In this document: positions 38,278-51,179 of the stretch, in pieces
Numbering within the stretch: position 1 is the first letter of the stretch
How the letters are laid out: every line of letters starts with the position of its first letter
Origin: Utricularia gibba
Lineage: Eukaryota; Plantae; Magnoliophyta
Assembly (NCBI GenBank): GCA_002189035.1
Contig: NEEC01000004.1
Span: 3,906,001-3,970,000 of the forward strand
Reading direction: 5' to 3'
DNA: 64,000 nt
Translations under genes and position numbers: made by a program
The notes under the pieces: generated by a model
Databases searched by the model: none
Told to the model about the DNA's origin: nothing
The model's input: the letters and a program-made list of their open reading frames with translations, nothing else

Positions 38278-40506
38278 ATGCTGACGTGCATCACTTGCTC
38301 GAAGCAACGACTGGAAGGCGACGATGGGGACGCTCCGCGTGGGTTTCCCAATACTAAAGACGGCGTCAAAAGCCTGACATCGCAGGTTCTTACTTCTTCC
38401 ATCTGCAGCATGAAGTAGTATTCGTATCTTTTGCTTTTCATTACCTTTGCTTTAATCCTCTGGAAGTTCTCTTTTTGAACCCCAAAACCCAAGGATCGAT
38501 CTGATCCTGCACATCACTATTGCTTTTCTCTCGTCCAATGACGGGTGGGGAGGGCCCTCCAAAAGTGGTCACTTTCTGGGTCCCTAAAAAATCGAAAAAC
38601 TGAAGCTTGATCTGGCAATGGAGGTGAAGGGCAAAACAGTCTTTTCACCTCTGCACGATGCACTGCATCACAACACCTGTGGAATCACTCCACACATATT
38701 ACAGGAAAGTGGCCTATCAAGCATTTATTTAGTATGGGTGTGTCTGCCACTCCCCCAGACCTTGGATCATGTGTCGGAATCATCATAATCTTGGTCCCTA
38801 CGCTTACCATGTTGTCCGTTCTTGTTATCACTACCCTACTTATCCTCACATGTTTTACAATTTTGATACATTTGAAAGAAAATGTCAGAGGGTGAACTAA
38901 AGTTTGAGGCTTGCCTTTATTTTTTGGGATTGGAGATGGGTGGATGAGTAAATCACTTTGGAAAATGCTACTACTGTGTTAAGCTTCTGCTGTCAGACTT
39001 GTTTGAAATTGATTCTTGATGGGTTCTTACAAACGTGTGGTAATGTTTGATGGACGGATGGATGCTGTATTGAGCTTACTTTACTGGAAACGAAAAGAAT
39101 CTTACTGTTTCTGGTGCAAATCTTTTCCCAAAGGGATTTTAGAAAAGACATCACTTGCAATACTTAAGAGTTGTTGTCCTTTGTGTCATCGTTATGTCAA
39201 ATTCTGGGAGATTTCTTGCTTAAGGCATAGAGCAAGTCATCATGTAAATTCTGAGCTGTGTCAATAAATCATTCAATCAATTGCTTTAAATATTTGTCTT
39301 GTTTGCACTTTATTCGTCTGCTTTTCCTTTTGAATGAGAGATCTCCCTTTCTTGGAACCAAAATGAAGCTGCTTGGTGTATCTGTGACCGAAATGCATGT
39401 GTTTCAGATAAAAGACATAGCTCTAAAGGTGTCGGGATCGCACAAGAGCAAAGAGAACGGGGGAATGAAGAGGGCGCATGGGATTCCACATCCACCATAT
39501 CTGCATCAGCAGGGAACAGGAGGCTCAAGTTGTTCCTCTACTCCAGCATGGGATTATCACAACAACAGTAAGACACGCACTGGGGTTTCAAGATTCAGTG
39601 CATTTAGTAGCAATGGTATACCTGGACCCAATGCTGTCCTGCTGCAACATGATGACAATGAACCTAGAGAGTGGACGTCTCAAGTGGAGCCTGGGGTGCA
39701 GATCACATTCGTGTCCCTTCCTCGTGGTGGCAATGAACTCAAACGAATCCGTTTCAGGTACCCAAATCTCCATGCTCCTATTTTTTGCTGGTGAAATTTG
39801 AGGTTTCAGTGTTGCATTGTTGGTGAAGCCGGGAGATGTTCAACAAATGGCAAGCGCAGAGGTGGTGGGGCGAAAACTACGACCGCATCATGGAGCTTTA
39901 CAACGTGCAGAGGTTCAATCCGCAAGGTGTCAACACGCCTGGGAGATCCGAAGATGGAGTGAGTAGAGAGTTTTGAGGACTGCTCTTCAGCATCTCTCAT
40001 GGATGCTCTGTGCTTGATTATCATTTGCTAAGAGTGAACTCACTTGGCCCTGCAGAGGGACTCCAGTTACTCACGGCTGGAAAGCCCAAGAGTCACCGGC
40101 GCAACTCCGGCGAGGCACAGCAGATTCCATCAATACCAGCCTCCTCATCCACGGGCTCCCGAGATGGACGCCTCAAGAACCACCACATCTTCAAGAGACG
40201 AGGCGTCGGTTTCCATCAGCAACGCAAGCGAAATCGAGACGGAGTGGATCGAGGAAGATGAACCGGGAGTTTTTATCACCATCAGGCAGCTGGTTGACGG
40301 CACCAGAGAGCTCCGCCGGGTGCGATTTAGGTACGTTAGCAACCCATCGGCCGCCGCCGTACCTCCACCCTTCCGGTTAGGTTCATGGATGCTTACTGCT
40401 TTTCCTCCGTTTTTGCAGCCGGCAAAGGTTCGGCGAGGTGCACGCGAAGCTGTGGTGGGACACGAACAGGGACAGGATACAGTCCCAGTATCTTTGCCAA
40501 AACTAG
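38278..40506 (+). CDS. BRXL: BREVIS RADIX-like protein. Exons 38278-38385, 39408-39757, 39829-39958, 40056-40330, 40419-40506
   Basis: N-terminal MLTCITCSKQ and KSLTSQIKDIALKVSG. Two BRX domains: [47 protein letters not shown] and EWIEEDEPGVFITI..RRVRFSRQRFGEVHAKLWW. Confidence 0.92.
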
Positions 40507-40792
40507 CTGGATCCTGGATCCTTTATCTGATCATCTAACACTAAAAAAACAAGCTGAAGATTGGGGGGAGGGGGTTTTGTTGCTCACTGTTACTGCTATG
40601 CTTCTTTTGTGTTTGGGAAAATGCGCAGGAGGTTATATCATGCATGCTATCCTTATGAAGGGATTGTTGTTAACAAGTAGCACATGTCATGAACAAAACC
40701 AGTGCGAAGGCAAGGAAATCATTGGAGGTGTAAACCGAAACGAACAAACGATGGGCAGTGCAGGGGATGGATCGGAATGCAATGTTTCTTTC

Positions 40793-43649
40793 TTACCCAG
40801 CTACCTTTCTGATACACGAAGCTCTACTTGGGATGGCGTCTTGAGCTCGATGCATCAGCGTGCCTGATTTGCCACCATGCCATCCACCTGCTTTCATGGC
40901 TGGAGGCGGCAGCACAGGTGGCTTAACAAGTGGCGGCCTACGAGGGGGTAACTTCGGGTTCGACAGTTTCTCGGATGTGCAATCAGGTCCAATGGAATTA
41001 TTCGTAACTGTCATTAAAAGGCATCCATCGATTGGAATGTCTCTCAAGGAGATGAAAAATGTGCACGACTAGAGATATATATATATATATATAGCTTGCT
41101 TGGTGGTTAGGGAATTACCCGGCATAATCACTCCAGGAGGGCGATATTTTTGCTGTTGCTTGACAGGGGTCAGGTTCTTGATGTTTTTTGATCCACCCTG
41201 CATGATGAAGAAAAGGTTAACAGGAGGAGGAAACGGCCTGTCGTTTACAAAAACTGCCATTCTAACCTGATAGTTTAGGTTCAACTTCCTTTGCACACCT
41301 GGGTCAGAAAACGTCCGTGGGTAAGGACAGCTAAGAAGGAAATAGCAACGGCCATCGAGCACAAAAATTAGCATTTACGAACCTGGGCTAACATAAACCT
41401 GATGTCTGGATGCAGAGAAGAAGTCGCTAGGGGACTTGGGATTTGAAAGGCTGCTCAAAAGCTTGCTATCATTCTCTTGCTGCAAACTGCTCTTTGCCCC
41501 AGCTGCAAGAATACAAGCTGCCTAATTTTCCATTCTGATTTCGTCTTTGTGAAAACTGAAAAAGGAAAATTTTTCAAGGAGGGGGTAGCCGCCACGAACC
41601 TGAATGAGGGGTCTTTGAGAAAGCAACTTTTGGGCGAAGTGAAGGAGGAACATAATAGCAGCTCTGCCGAAATGGTAACATGTAAGAAAATAGAGCTTGT
41701 CAGAACATTCTCAAGAAAATCCCAACCAGTTCATAGATGGAAAATTACAAAACAAGCAAGCCACCTGAAAAAAAGGGTGCTGAAGAGCCTCAAGAGCTGT
41801 TGGTCTGCTGCACGGGTTCCAGGAGCAAAGAGACTGGGATTGAAAAGGAATAAAAATTGTAAGTGTGATACCAGAAAAACGGTTGACAGTCAAGGGGCTT
41901 ATTCCATGAAAAAGGTTCAGAAATTAGAAAAAATCTTAGTCAAGTAAACGTAAATAGAGAACACTTCACCTTTGTAAGATTGACAGCATCCTCACAAACT
42001 CCTGGCATCAACAATGAAGGATGAACTCCAGCAACCTGATAAACAATAGTTTAAGACCACGAATATAAACTCATTTGGCAATCTCATACAGGAGACATAG
42101 GGTTCGCTGACAGAATGATGCTCAAACACGATGCTATCATGTGTCAAAATATTTCTATCAAGAAATAAACCTATTTAACTAAAAATTAATATTAGCACAG
42201 GCTCTACATGAAAAATAGAACTATCGAATTAGCATTATGGGGTGTATGAAGATAGAATTGTTACACATGGAAATTGATAATTGATGGCATCAGCAAGTTT
42301 CAAGCCCTCTGGCCACACATCCTTGGCTGGGCTACCGAGTACACAGCATATCTTGTAAATCTCATCAGCCTCACTAAGATGAATAAAAAAACATTTTCAG
42401 AATCTCCTGGTGCCCATAAGCAGCGAACAGGCGAAAAAAAAAGAAAGGAAGGAAGAAAAAGACAAACCACAAGGGTAATACCTTGATCCAGGAAAAAGAG
42501 GCCGAAGTGTAAACAACTCAGCCATTATTGCGCCCATAGCCCACATGTCTAGTAAAAGATGATATAAGTTAACCGTCAAAATCTAAAGAGAAGTACCGCA
42601 CCAAGTCAAACATACTCACCAACTGGAGCTCCATAGACACGAGACTGAAGTAACACCTCTGGGCACGGTACCTGAATGTAGCAGTTGTAAGGCTCGGGAA
42701 AAAATCAGCACAGAAGAAAATAAAGTAAAATCATCCACCCACCATCTAGTTGAAACATATTCTGTGAACGGAGGTACAGAATCTATCTCGCGTGCCAGAC
42801 CAAAGTCAGCAATTTTAATAATGTCCTTGGACACGAGCAAATTCTCTGCATGAGAAAAAAGGAGAATACACAACTAAAACCACAATACAGTGAACTTGCA
42901 GAATCACAAAAATAGATCCTTGTTATTGTAAAATGACTATATGGAACTCGTAGAAACGTGTAACAATTAACCTGGTTTGAGGTCACGATGGAAGTAGCCA
43001 CGTTCATGTATGTAAGCAAGACCCTGAAAGACTTGGAAGCACCAATTCTTCACTTCTGACTCAGGAAAAAGGTTCGCACGATCCTTCATAAGCTGGTATA
43101 GATTGCATTCCTGAAAAGAAAATTATGGCTTAGATAATAGAAACTGAGAAATGCAGAATGCAGGAAGAGAGATGATTCATACCATATACTCAAACACGAA
43201 ATACAGAACATCATGCTCCCTAATAACTTCCTTCAGCTTAACAACGTTCTTGTGATTCATTTTCCTTAGTGACTGCATACAAAAGAAAGTAATTAGTCTG
43301 GATAAGTGTTCAATCTACAGCATACAAAGATAAGGATGTCACCTTTACTTCTCTGAGATTGACACATTCTTCCCATGAATAATACTTTTTTTTCATCTTC
43401 TTGATTGCAACCTGCAGATCTCATAAGCACAGCTATTGTAAATCAGGAATAATGAGTATCACACAAGGAAGAACTAAAGCAAGTAGTACGCTTACCACTT
43501 CCCCAGATTGCTTGCTTATAGCACGCCACACACTTCCAAATGTACCATTACCAACTTCTTTAATGATTTTATACCTGCACCGACACTTAAAGTTTCTGAC
43601 GCAGCATGGGAAATGAACAAGCACCAGAAAGTGACTCTCACCTTTCCAT
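40793..43649 (-). CDS. MAK/MHK-family (CDKF-4-like) Ser/Thr kinase, many exons; first coding exon is 8 nt (43649-43642). Two apparent 1-bp deletions (42661-42663 and exon 41502-41399)
   Basis: [64 protein letters not shown] (TxY loop), [19 protein letters not shown]-terminal RKVAG*. Confidence 0.9.
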
Positions 43650-44475
43650 TATTGTAACTGCAATGGCTTGCGAACTCTGCTTATTCAGAAAACGGGGTGT
43701 ATGAAAAACTTGTGGTAAGTTTCTATTTCTAGTAACAACTCAAAACAGATGCTGTTAAGATGTCTAAACGATGTGACAGAATCCGTCATCAATGCTCCAG
43801 CTGCTTTTATAAGAACACAAACTCATAGGCATAATTGATGGGATCCACAGCCATATACATTACAGAAACCAAATCATGGACCCTCATATGAAAAATGGCT
43901 GTGGTAATGAGATACTGCAGAACATCACCATGATGATACAAAAAAGGCAGCGAAAATCAGTTTCTTCCAAATGGATCAAGTTTGTGATCCACCGTAATCA
44001 ACTCAAACTTCACAACATTGTCGCCCAACAGATAAATTTAGGCATTAAAACGGGCATCCAACGCCATCAACTAAGCATAGAGAGAAGTGTGGAATGATGA
44101 CTTAGCCAATAAAATCTCACACGAGCAGAAAAAATCAGATAACGCAGAAACTTCTACGGCACTTGAAGACTTAGTCCTGTGGTCAAAGAAAAAATGATGA
44201 ATTTACATTACAAATGACTAGCTTAGACTGAAATATAATGAATATGCTAATAGAAAGATGTTAAAAAAACGGGCAATGCAATATTCAACATTCTGAATAT
44301 AACATTAGAAGAGAAAAGATTCATATTCATATACTCACGCCAGTAAACTTCAAGAAAATTCACGAGGTACATGTTAGAATGTAACTCACTTGATGAAGCA
44401 CAGAGAATTCAGCATCCTCTTAATTGAAGCATGCATTCAGCCGCATGTAATTTACTTGTGAACTTTTTTTTTTCA

Positions 44476-44601
44476 CTAAGTACAGTTTTGAACGGAAACC
44501 AGAAGAAAATCTCCAATGATAAGAAGCCGCCAATAAAATAATTCCCGGAAAGAGGAAACTCGTGGCAGGAAGCAATCTGACGAAACGCAAACTTGGGCCA
44601 T
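44476..44601 (-). CDS. 41-aa conserved-peptide upstream ORF (CPuORF-type) in the kinase 5' leader: MAQVCVSSDCFLPRVSSFRELFYWRLLIIGDFLLVSVQNCT*
   Basis: ATG at 44601, TAG at 44478-44476 (126 nt). The pattern MxQVxV..C...R..SFxE...WRxL...DFL..S..NCT* matches, from memory, the CPuORF upstream of Arabidopsis MAK-like kinases At4g19110/At5g45430. It is below the ORF-track length cutoff. Confidence 0.8.
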   Translation of the reverse strand: MAQVCVSSDCFLPRVSSFRELFYWRLLIIGDFLLVSVQNCT

Positions 44602-47441
44602 ATCCTAGATAGCACTAATCCTTCCAAACTGCTATCTGAAAAAACCTGGTAACAAAGAACAAAGTGAGATGCACATCAACAAGAGATCAACACATCTACA
44701 TCTTCCTAATAAATTAAATAAATCAAATATATTCCATATATATAATTAAATGAAAAACACAATTAACACCAATTAACGCCACCAAACCCTAAATCGACGA
44801 AAACCCTTCCATTCACATCCAGGACGTGCAAAAAAAATCGGATCTCGTTCAAACAAGCAGCAAGCAAGCAAGCGGATAATCGGAGATGGAACTGGGGAAA
44901 AGGAATTACCGGCAGCGAAAACGGCATAACCTAGAGAGATGGAAGCCAGCGATGCCACAGTGTTTTCCCTCTCCAGAGTTCTTCCTTCCCCACACCGAAA
45001 GCGGAGAATTACAGTGCGTTTATAAGGTGGCGTAGCGTGGTAGAAAAGTCAACGAGATTCTATTCTTTTTTTTTCTTTTTGGAAACGATACGAATATTTC
45101 TCCTGATCAATGAATATTAGCAGATATTTAATATTTTTCGATTTATTCTTCTTAAATCGTCTCTTATTCTTTTATTTTCTAGTAATTTTATTATTTAAAC
45201 TGCAGGTCACCCACCATATTTCTTCTTTTTTATTTTACTGATAATAAAACAATAATCAAGATTTTTAATGGTCTATTTGCAATAGTTTCTGTTTTTGAAA
45301 AACGTTCTAGAATTCGTTTTGTTATAAAACACGATTAACTTTTAATTTAAAAAATAAAATTTTAAAAAAATTCTCATTATTTAGAAGATGGAAAACCTAA
45401 TTTGTTCTTTTTCAAAAGTAATTTTCGAGAATTGATATCAAAAAGAATATTAATAAATACAATTAAATTATCAGTAGACATCAATTAAACAAGTCAATTC
45501 TATTGTTAAAAAAATAATGAAGATTTAAAATAATTAAATAATAATTATATAATACATGATAACTCAAAAACACATGAAATATTAAGTAAATTTTACTATG
45601 AAAACAGTTGTGTAAAAATTGATTAATTAGATACAAAATAATTTTCAAACATTAAAACAATTTGAAAACGAAAATTGATTTTTTTTTCTTGATTCCATAT
45701 AGTACCTATTCTGTAAACGTAATTTATCGGAATAATTTTGTTTAGTGATTAAATAATATATTAATTAAAGAATATATTGTTCAGTTTTTTTATCTATTTT
45801 AAAATTTATTTATATTATAATATTAAATTTTATAATATAATTTAATAACATACTATAAAATAATTTTATATTTTTAAACTAATTCTATTTATATAATCTC
45901 AAATCTATTTTATTATATATAATCTGAATCACACATTCAAAATACAAAACATGCTCATAATCTAAAACGTACACCGTCTATATTGTGTGTCGGGGGCAAA
46001 TTGGACCTCTTACATATTACTTATGAGTAGTATGCAATTGTGCCACATTATTTAGTTTATTTCCAATTGCCATCTGAAAGATATGTGCAATTGTGAGCCT
46101 TGTGATTTAGTAACTGGCCTTGTGATTGAGACATTGCTAACAAGGAGCGAATTCAATAATCGGTAAGAGATATATTTTATATTTCTTTAACTAAATAAAA
46201 GATAGAGTTCATATAAGTAATTGTAGGGCTATTAAACTAATTTCAGTTGCTTTATATGATCAAATTTGGGCCGCCCGCTTGTTAGATGAGGTGGACATTA
46301 TGTCACCGCAAGATGGAACTAGTGAAGAACTTTTACGTAAACCAGGTTCGGTCTATCAAAAACAATGTGGTTCGTTATGGAAAATTCATTGAATTATAAT
46401 TAAAATAATTATGTATTTTGTAAAATTAATTTTATTTTTGCAATTGGAATACAAAATTATTTCACAACAGATATTGCGTGATGAAGTAGAGCACTATCGC
46501 ATGAGCTGCGCGTGTTGTGTAGTGTTTTATTTAATATTTTAAATTATTAAAAAATATCGTGAATCCATTGAATTAATAATTCATAATTTGGATAGTTTAA
46601 CCATTATTCAAATTATGATTGTATCGTTCGTTTTTTTTTAAATTTTATTTATAAAAGATATAAAATTCTAATTAAATTATATTGAATTATTTATTTGTTT
46701 AATTTTTTATATTGTTATTAAATCATGACAAATCAATCTTGATTTAAAAATTTGAATTTAAATTAATCATTATCGTAAATGGTTAATAATTTAAAACAAC
46801 TGAATTACGTTTTTTTGAATATTAGTTTTATTATTTTTTTAATATAAAAGATGAAAAAAATTTCTAGAAGAAGGTGACAATAGGAATTTGTTTCCATGAA
46901 TTGTAATGCGTACCATAAATTTGGATAATGACATATATATTGACGACTCTAAATCAATATTTATTGAGTAATTTCGCTGGCCTTTGACAGCCACAAGTCC
47001 ATCGCGTTCCCCCAAGAAACCCCTAATTTTCGATTGTGATCTACGCTGTGTACTGCACACGTCGCGATTACGTCTTCCTCTTGTGAGTATTCCATCAGCG
47101 TTCTTCGATTTCAAGTATGGTTTCTCCCGTTGTTCTGTTAAGTTTTTCGATAACGGTGGCGGGATATTGAATTGTGATGATAAAATCAACTTATTTTTAT
47201 GTTTCTTCGATGATCTTTGTCCCGCTCGTTGTGATTTAGGTTTTCTTGCGGCCTCGATTTTCTATAACCTATCCTGGGTAAAGATAGATTAGTTCCCAAC
47301 TAATGTTCACACACAAAGGGGAGGGTGAGAATGGGAACGGGTCACAATGATTTGTTGTGTGTTTTATGACTGAAACCTGAAACTGGGTGGGCATTCATAA
47401 CTATGTTCTTTAATTTGAATTGCAGACAGTTATTTAGGGGG

Positions 47442-48729
47442 ATGGACTTTCTGCCGATGTCGATGTTGATTCAGGAGACAAATGATTGCTCCTTTAACGA
47501 GCAAGATATTCATAGATGTCCATTTTTGAGGAACATAAATGAGCCCACCAACTTCTCTTTTGCTACCCTGAACTGTCCGATTCCTGTAAGTTTGATATTT
47601 CTTGCCAAGTTTAGTTTTGAATGATTGTGTTGATTCATGTGATTTTCATTGCTTCGCATCTCTGTGTTCAGTCTAAGGGATCGAGGGGACCAATATTTGA
47701 GGATGCTCCGAATTTCCAGTTGGCCTTCAAACTTTTTCATGGGAAAGATGGAGTTGTCCCATTATGCGTCGAGACCCTTGGCAATGAAGTGGAAACTGAG
47801 GCTGTTCCGCAATTTAATCCACTGGCTTCAAGAGCCGCTTCCATCAGCATGTCAGCGTTTGGGCCAGGAGGGCCGTTTGGATTTCACTCTCTTTTTGGAA
47901 AGATGCATTCGAAGAATCTGGATTCTTCAAAGAATAAAGACCAATCATCCAAGGTTTGTTTTATGAATCATCAGTTTTAGAAAGTGCAATATTGCGTTTT
48001 GCTCCATGATTTCCTGTTTAACTGAGTATGGTTCCTGTATTGTTCAATTTCAGGGTGATTCATCAAAGCATGAAGCTCTTGGGAATGAGTGGTTGGAAAC
48101 TGGGAACTGTCCAATTGCTAAGTCTTACCGAGCTGTAAGCAGCGTCCTCCCCCTCATTGCAGCAACGCTCAGGCCACCACCTGGAATAAAACTCAAATGC
48201 CCCCTGCCGTAGTTGCAGCTAGGGCGGCACTGGCCAAGACTGCTTTTGTCAAGTCTATGCGCCCGCAACCCTTACCAGCAAAGGTGCTCGTAATCGGACT
48301 CCTTGGAATAGCAGCTAATATCCCTCTTGGTGTCTGGAGAGAACACACGGAGAAGTTCTCCTTGTCTTGGTTTACTGCCATCCATGCTGCAATCCCATTC
48401 ATTGCCATGCTCAGGAAATCGGTAGTTATGCCCAAAACTGCCATGGCTTTGACCATCGCAGGTTCTGTACTCGGGCAAATGATCGGCTCCAGAGCTGAGC
48501 GCCTTCGACTGAAAGCAATATCAGAGAGAAAAGACATGATGGAAATGACCAAAGCACCTTCACCCCTTCTCCAGCCTCTGAAGCTTACAACTCATCAGAA
48601 GGTAACAGCACTTTGGCAACCACCACCGCCGGTATCTGCGGCCGGCATCGTCATGGATTGCTGTTGCTGGAAACTCTTCCCAGCAGGATCTCCGAGGCAC
48701 CATCATCACCTGCAAGTGTGTGTTTCTGA
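47442..48729 (+). CDS. Plant NHR2-like (nonhost resistance 2; At5g45410/At4g25030-like) protein. Exons 47442-47585, 47672-47953, 48054-48729; apparent 1-bp deletions at 48200-48204 and 48563-48566
   Basis: DIHRCPFLRNINEPTNFSF, RGPIFED, AFKLFHGKDGVVPL, HEALGNEWLETGNCPIAKSYRAVS, ANIPLGVWREHTEKFS, AERLRLK. Restoring one C at each run gives a continuous ORF ending SPASVCF*. Confidence 0.75.
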
Positions 48730-49014
48730 GGCGCATCATCTCCTTTGTCCATCTTCACTCACAGGAGCCATTAGGGAATGAATAAAGTCAACCTGCTGTA
48801 GGTAATCTCTACAACAGGGAACGCGTGTATTATTGTGATAACTGGAATCGGATTACTGATTGTGAGTCCATGGAAGACGGGCTTGTTGAACTGCAACTAC
48901 TGTACTCTTAATAGAAACCGCTTTGAGCCATTGATATTGTGCATGGATGCACATGTATGCCAATTCTTGTAATAAGCTTAGAAATAGGAAAGAGATACAC
49001 AACAGAACTGTTGA

Positions 49015-49437
49015 TCAAAACTCAATCTTCCCACCCTCGGTTGGTTCGCGGTATCCGCATACCTCCAATTTTACATTCAGACTTGCGCAAACGGCCCTGA
49101 ACTTGAGCCTCAATGAATTCATCAGCTCCGTCACCGTTTCATTCTCTGGCTCTGAAATCGGATACTTGCGAAGCAGTTCCTCCATCGTCTGGATGCTTCG
49201 CTGGATACGGGTCGAGAATAAATCGGGTTCGACCCGAATTGCAGAGCTCCACACATCAACGCAGCCTCTGTAGAAGCCCAATTCATGCCCCACTTCGAAT
49301 CCGGTTTTCAGACCTACTTGGCGGCCGTCCTCTCTCCCTGATATCAATCCGTCCGCATAGCCCTCTTTGTAACCTTCTTCGAGATGGGTCTCTTCGATTC
49401 TCACTGCAGATTCGAAGATGTCTTCAATGGCGTCCAT
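49015..49437 (-). CDS. LTO1/ORAOV1 (YAE1-family) protein, intronless, 140 aa
   Basis: IFESAVRIEETHLEEGYKEGYADG..GRQVGLKTGFEVGHELGFYRG, the GxxEG repeat of the Yae1_N family. Confidence 0.85.
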   Translation of the reverse strand: MDAIEDIFESAVRIEETHLEEGYKEGYADGLISGREDGRQVGLKTGFEVGHELGFYRGCVDVWSSAIRVEPDLFSTRIQRSIQTMEELLRKYPISEPENETVTELMNSLRLKFRAVCASLNVKLEVCGYREPTEGGKIEF

Positions 49438-49440
49438 AGT

Positions 49441-49620
49441 GTAAAGTCTTTCTTCTCGCGATATTTAATTGGACTAAGCAGTAGCGAACTAGTTATATAA
49501 GCCCACTAGCATAAGCCCGAAATTGGGCCCAGTTGAGGTTTATACAGAACCCTTCAAACCCTGACGATTGCTGGTTTACATTCTACGATTTTTCTTTCGC
49601 CAGTAAAAAGCTGAATTTTT
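49441..49620. promoter_or_regulatory. Short bidirectional promoter between the LTO1-like and uL24 genes, with site II motifs
   Basis: Start codons are 346 bp apart head-to-head. AAGCCCAC, AAGCCCGA and TGGGCCCA lie at 49499-49531. Confidence 0.55.
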
Positions 49621-49783
49621 TTAGATCGCTGGTGCAACTGGTGGTGAGGTTTCTTGAACTTGGGTGTTCTTTAATTGATTGAATTGAAAATGTCGTGATT
49701 CCATGGTTTATGATATTTGTTTGAACGTGGATGAATCAAATGAGCCTTTTCGAATTCTCAGAGTGGTGAACTGAAGGGGAAAT

Positions 49784-50852
49784 ATGGGGTGGAAGGCGGC
49801 ACAGAAGCTGATTCAGAACTGGAAAATCCTTAGGGGTGATAACGTGAGTAGGTCTATATGTTTTTCTCTTTAATTTCTCAAGTTTCTCCTCAATAACTCT
49901 TCCATTTGATGCAGGTTATGATTATCAGGGGAAAGGATAAAGGAGAAACTGGGGTTATTAAACGTGTTATTCGATCTCAAAACCGTGTCATTGTTGAGGG
50001 CAAGAACTTGGTAAGCTGTGCCATTCACTTGAGAGGAACTATGATCAGTCTTAATCTGTCGTCATTACGAAGATTATTTGGCTTATGGAGATGAAAATGT
50101 ATTTGGGTGCGACATGTACTATTGAATGTGCCCCTTGAGAGTTTCAGCCGCATTCATGTATAATTTAATATGCGGTGGCTTTTTAGCTCATTTCTGTAGC
50201 TTGTGGTGAAGCAATGCAGTGTACATTGTTTTCTGACGTTCAACGTGAATCCAATAGGTGAAGAAGCATATCAAGCAAGGACAGGGACATGAAGGAGGGA
50301 TTTTCTCAGTAGAAGCCCCTCTTCATGTTTCTAATGTCCAGGTTCTAGATCCAGTCACAGGGTGAGATTCAAATGGTTCCATTTTAGTCCCATTTCTGCA
50401 TGGCGGCCATGTCTGATTTGATCTTCTCCAGGAAGCCCTGCAAGATTGGTATTAAGTACTTGGAAGATGGTAACAAGGTGCGTGTATCACGAGGTATCGG
50501 AACATCAGGGTCCATAATTCCCCGTCCTGAGATCTTGAAGATAAGATCCACACCGAGACCAACCATTGGTATCATATCTTCTACTTCTTAATTTTTTCAT
50601 TTGCCTTTGTTACTAGTTTGGGTCATTCTTGAGATCATTTCACTGAAGGGATAAATTTTTTCATTTCCAAATTCTAATAAGACAAATCTGATCTCAATGT
50701 CGATGTTCAACTTGCTGATTTTTGAAGTTAAGTAGTTGTGATGTTCTTTTATCCTCTCTTTTCCTACAGTTGGTCCCAAGGATACACCAATGGATTTGGT
50801 GCTCGAGAAGACGTACGATGTGAAAACTGGTATGGGAATGCCAGATCTTTGA
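49784..50852 (+). CDS. RPL24: Ribosomal protein uL24, organellar (probably mitochondrial) type. Exons 49784-49843, 49915-50010, 50258-50361, 50432-50568, 50770-50852
   Basis: [21 protein letters not shown] (KOW motif), [36 protein letters not shown]. In-phase GT-AG junctions. Confidence 0.92.
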
Positions 50853-51179
50853 TCTAGAATGGTAAATGAATCCATATATCATCAGTCCTCTCGAAATTTG
50901 AATGATGCTTTAGACAAATGGAAGTCGTAGTCTTCTTTTAACATTTTGAGAAGCAAGTGAAGCCTGGAAGTGAATCAGCTCCCAAGTCTCTGAAACTAAC
51001 AATAAAAGAGGAATTTTCGGTATTGGATATTCACTCCTTTACAAAACGTTAGACATATAACTTGAAAAAGCTGGTATTCCCTAAACAGCTTGTATATTGG
51101 AAAGCAGACTCTCTAAATTTACTGAAAGTAGGACACCATGGAAACAGCAGAAGTTCAAGACCCGCCTCCTACATAGTAT

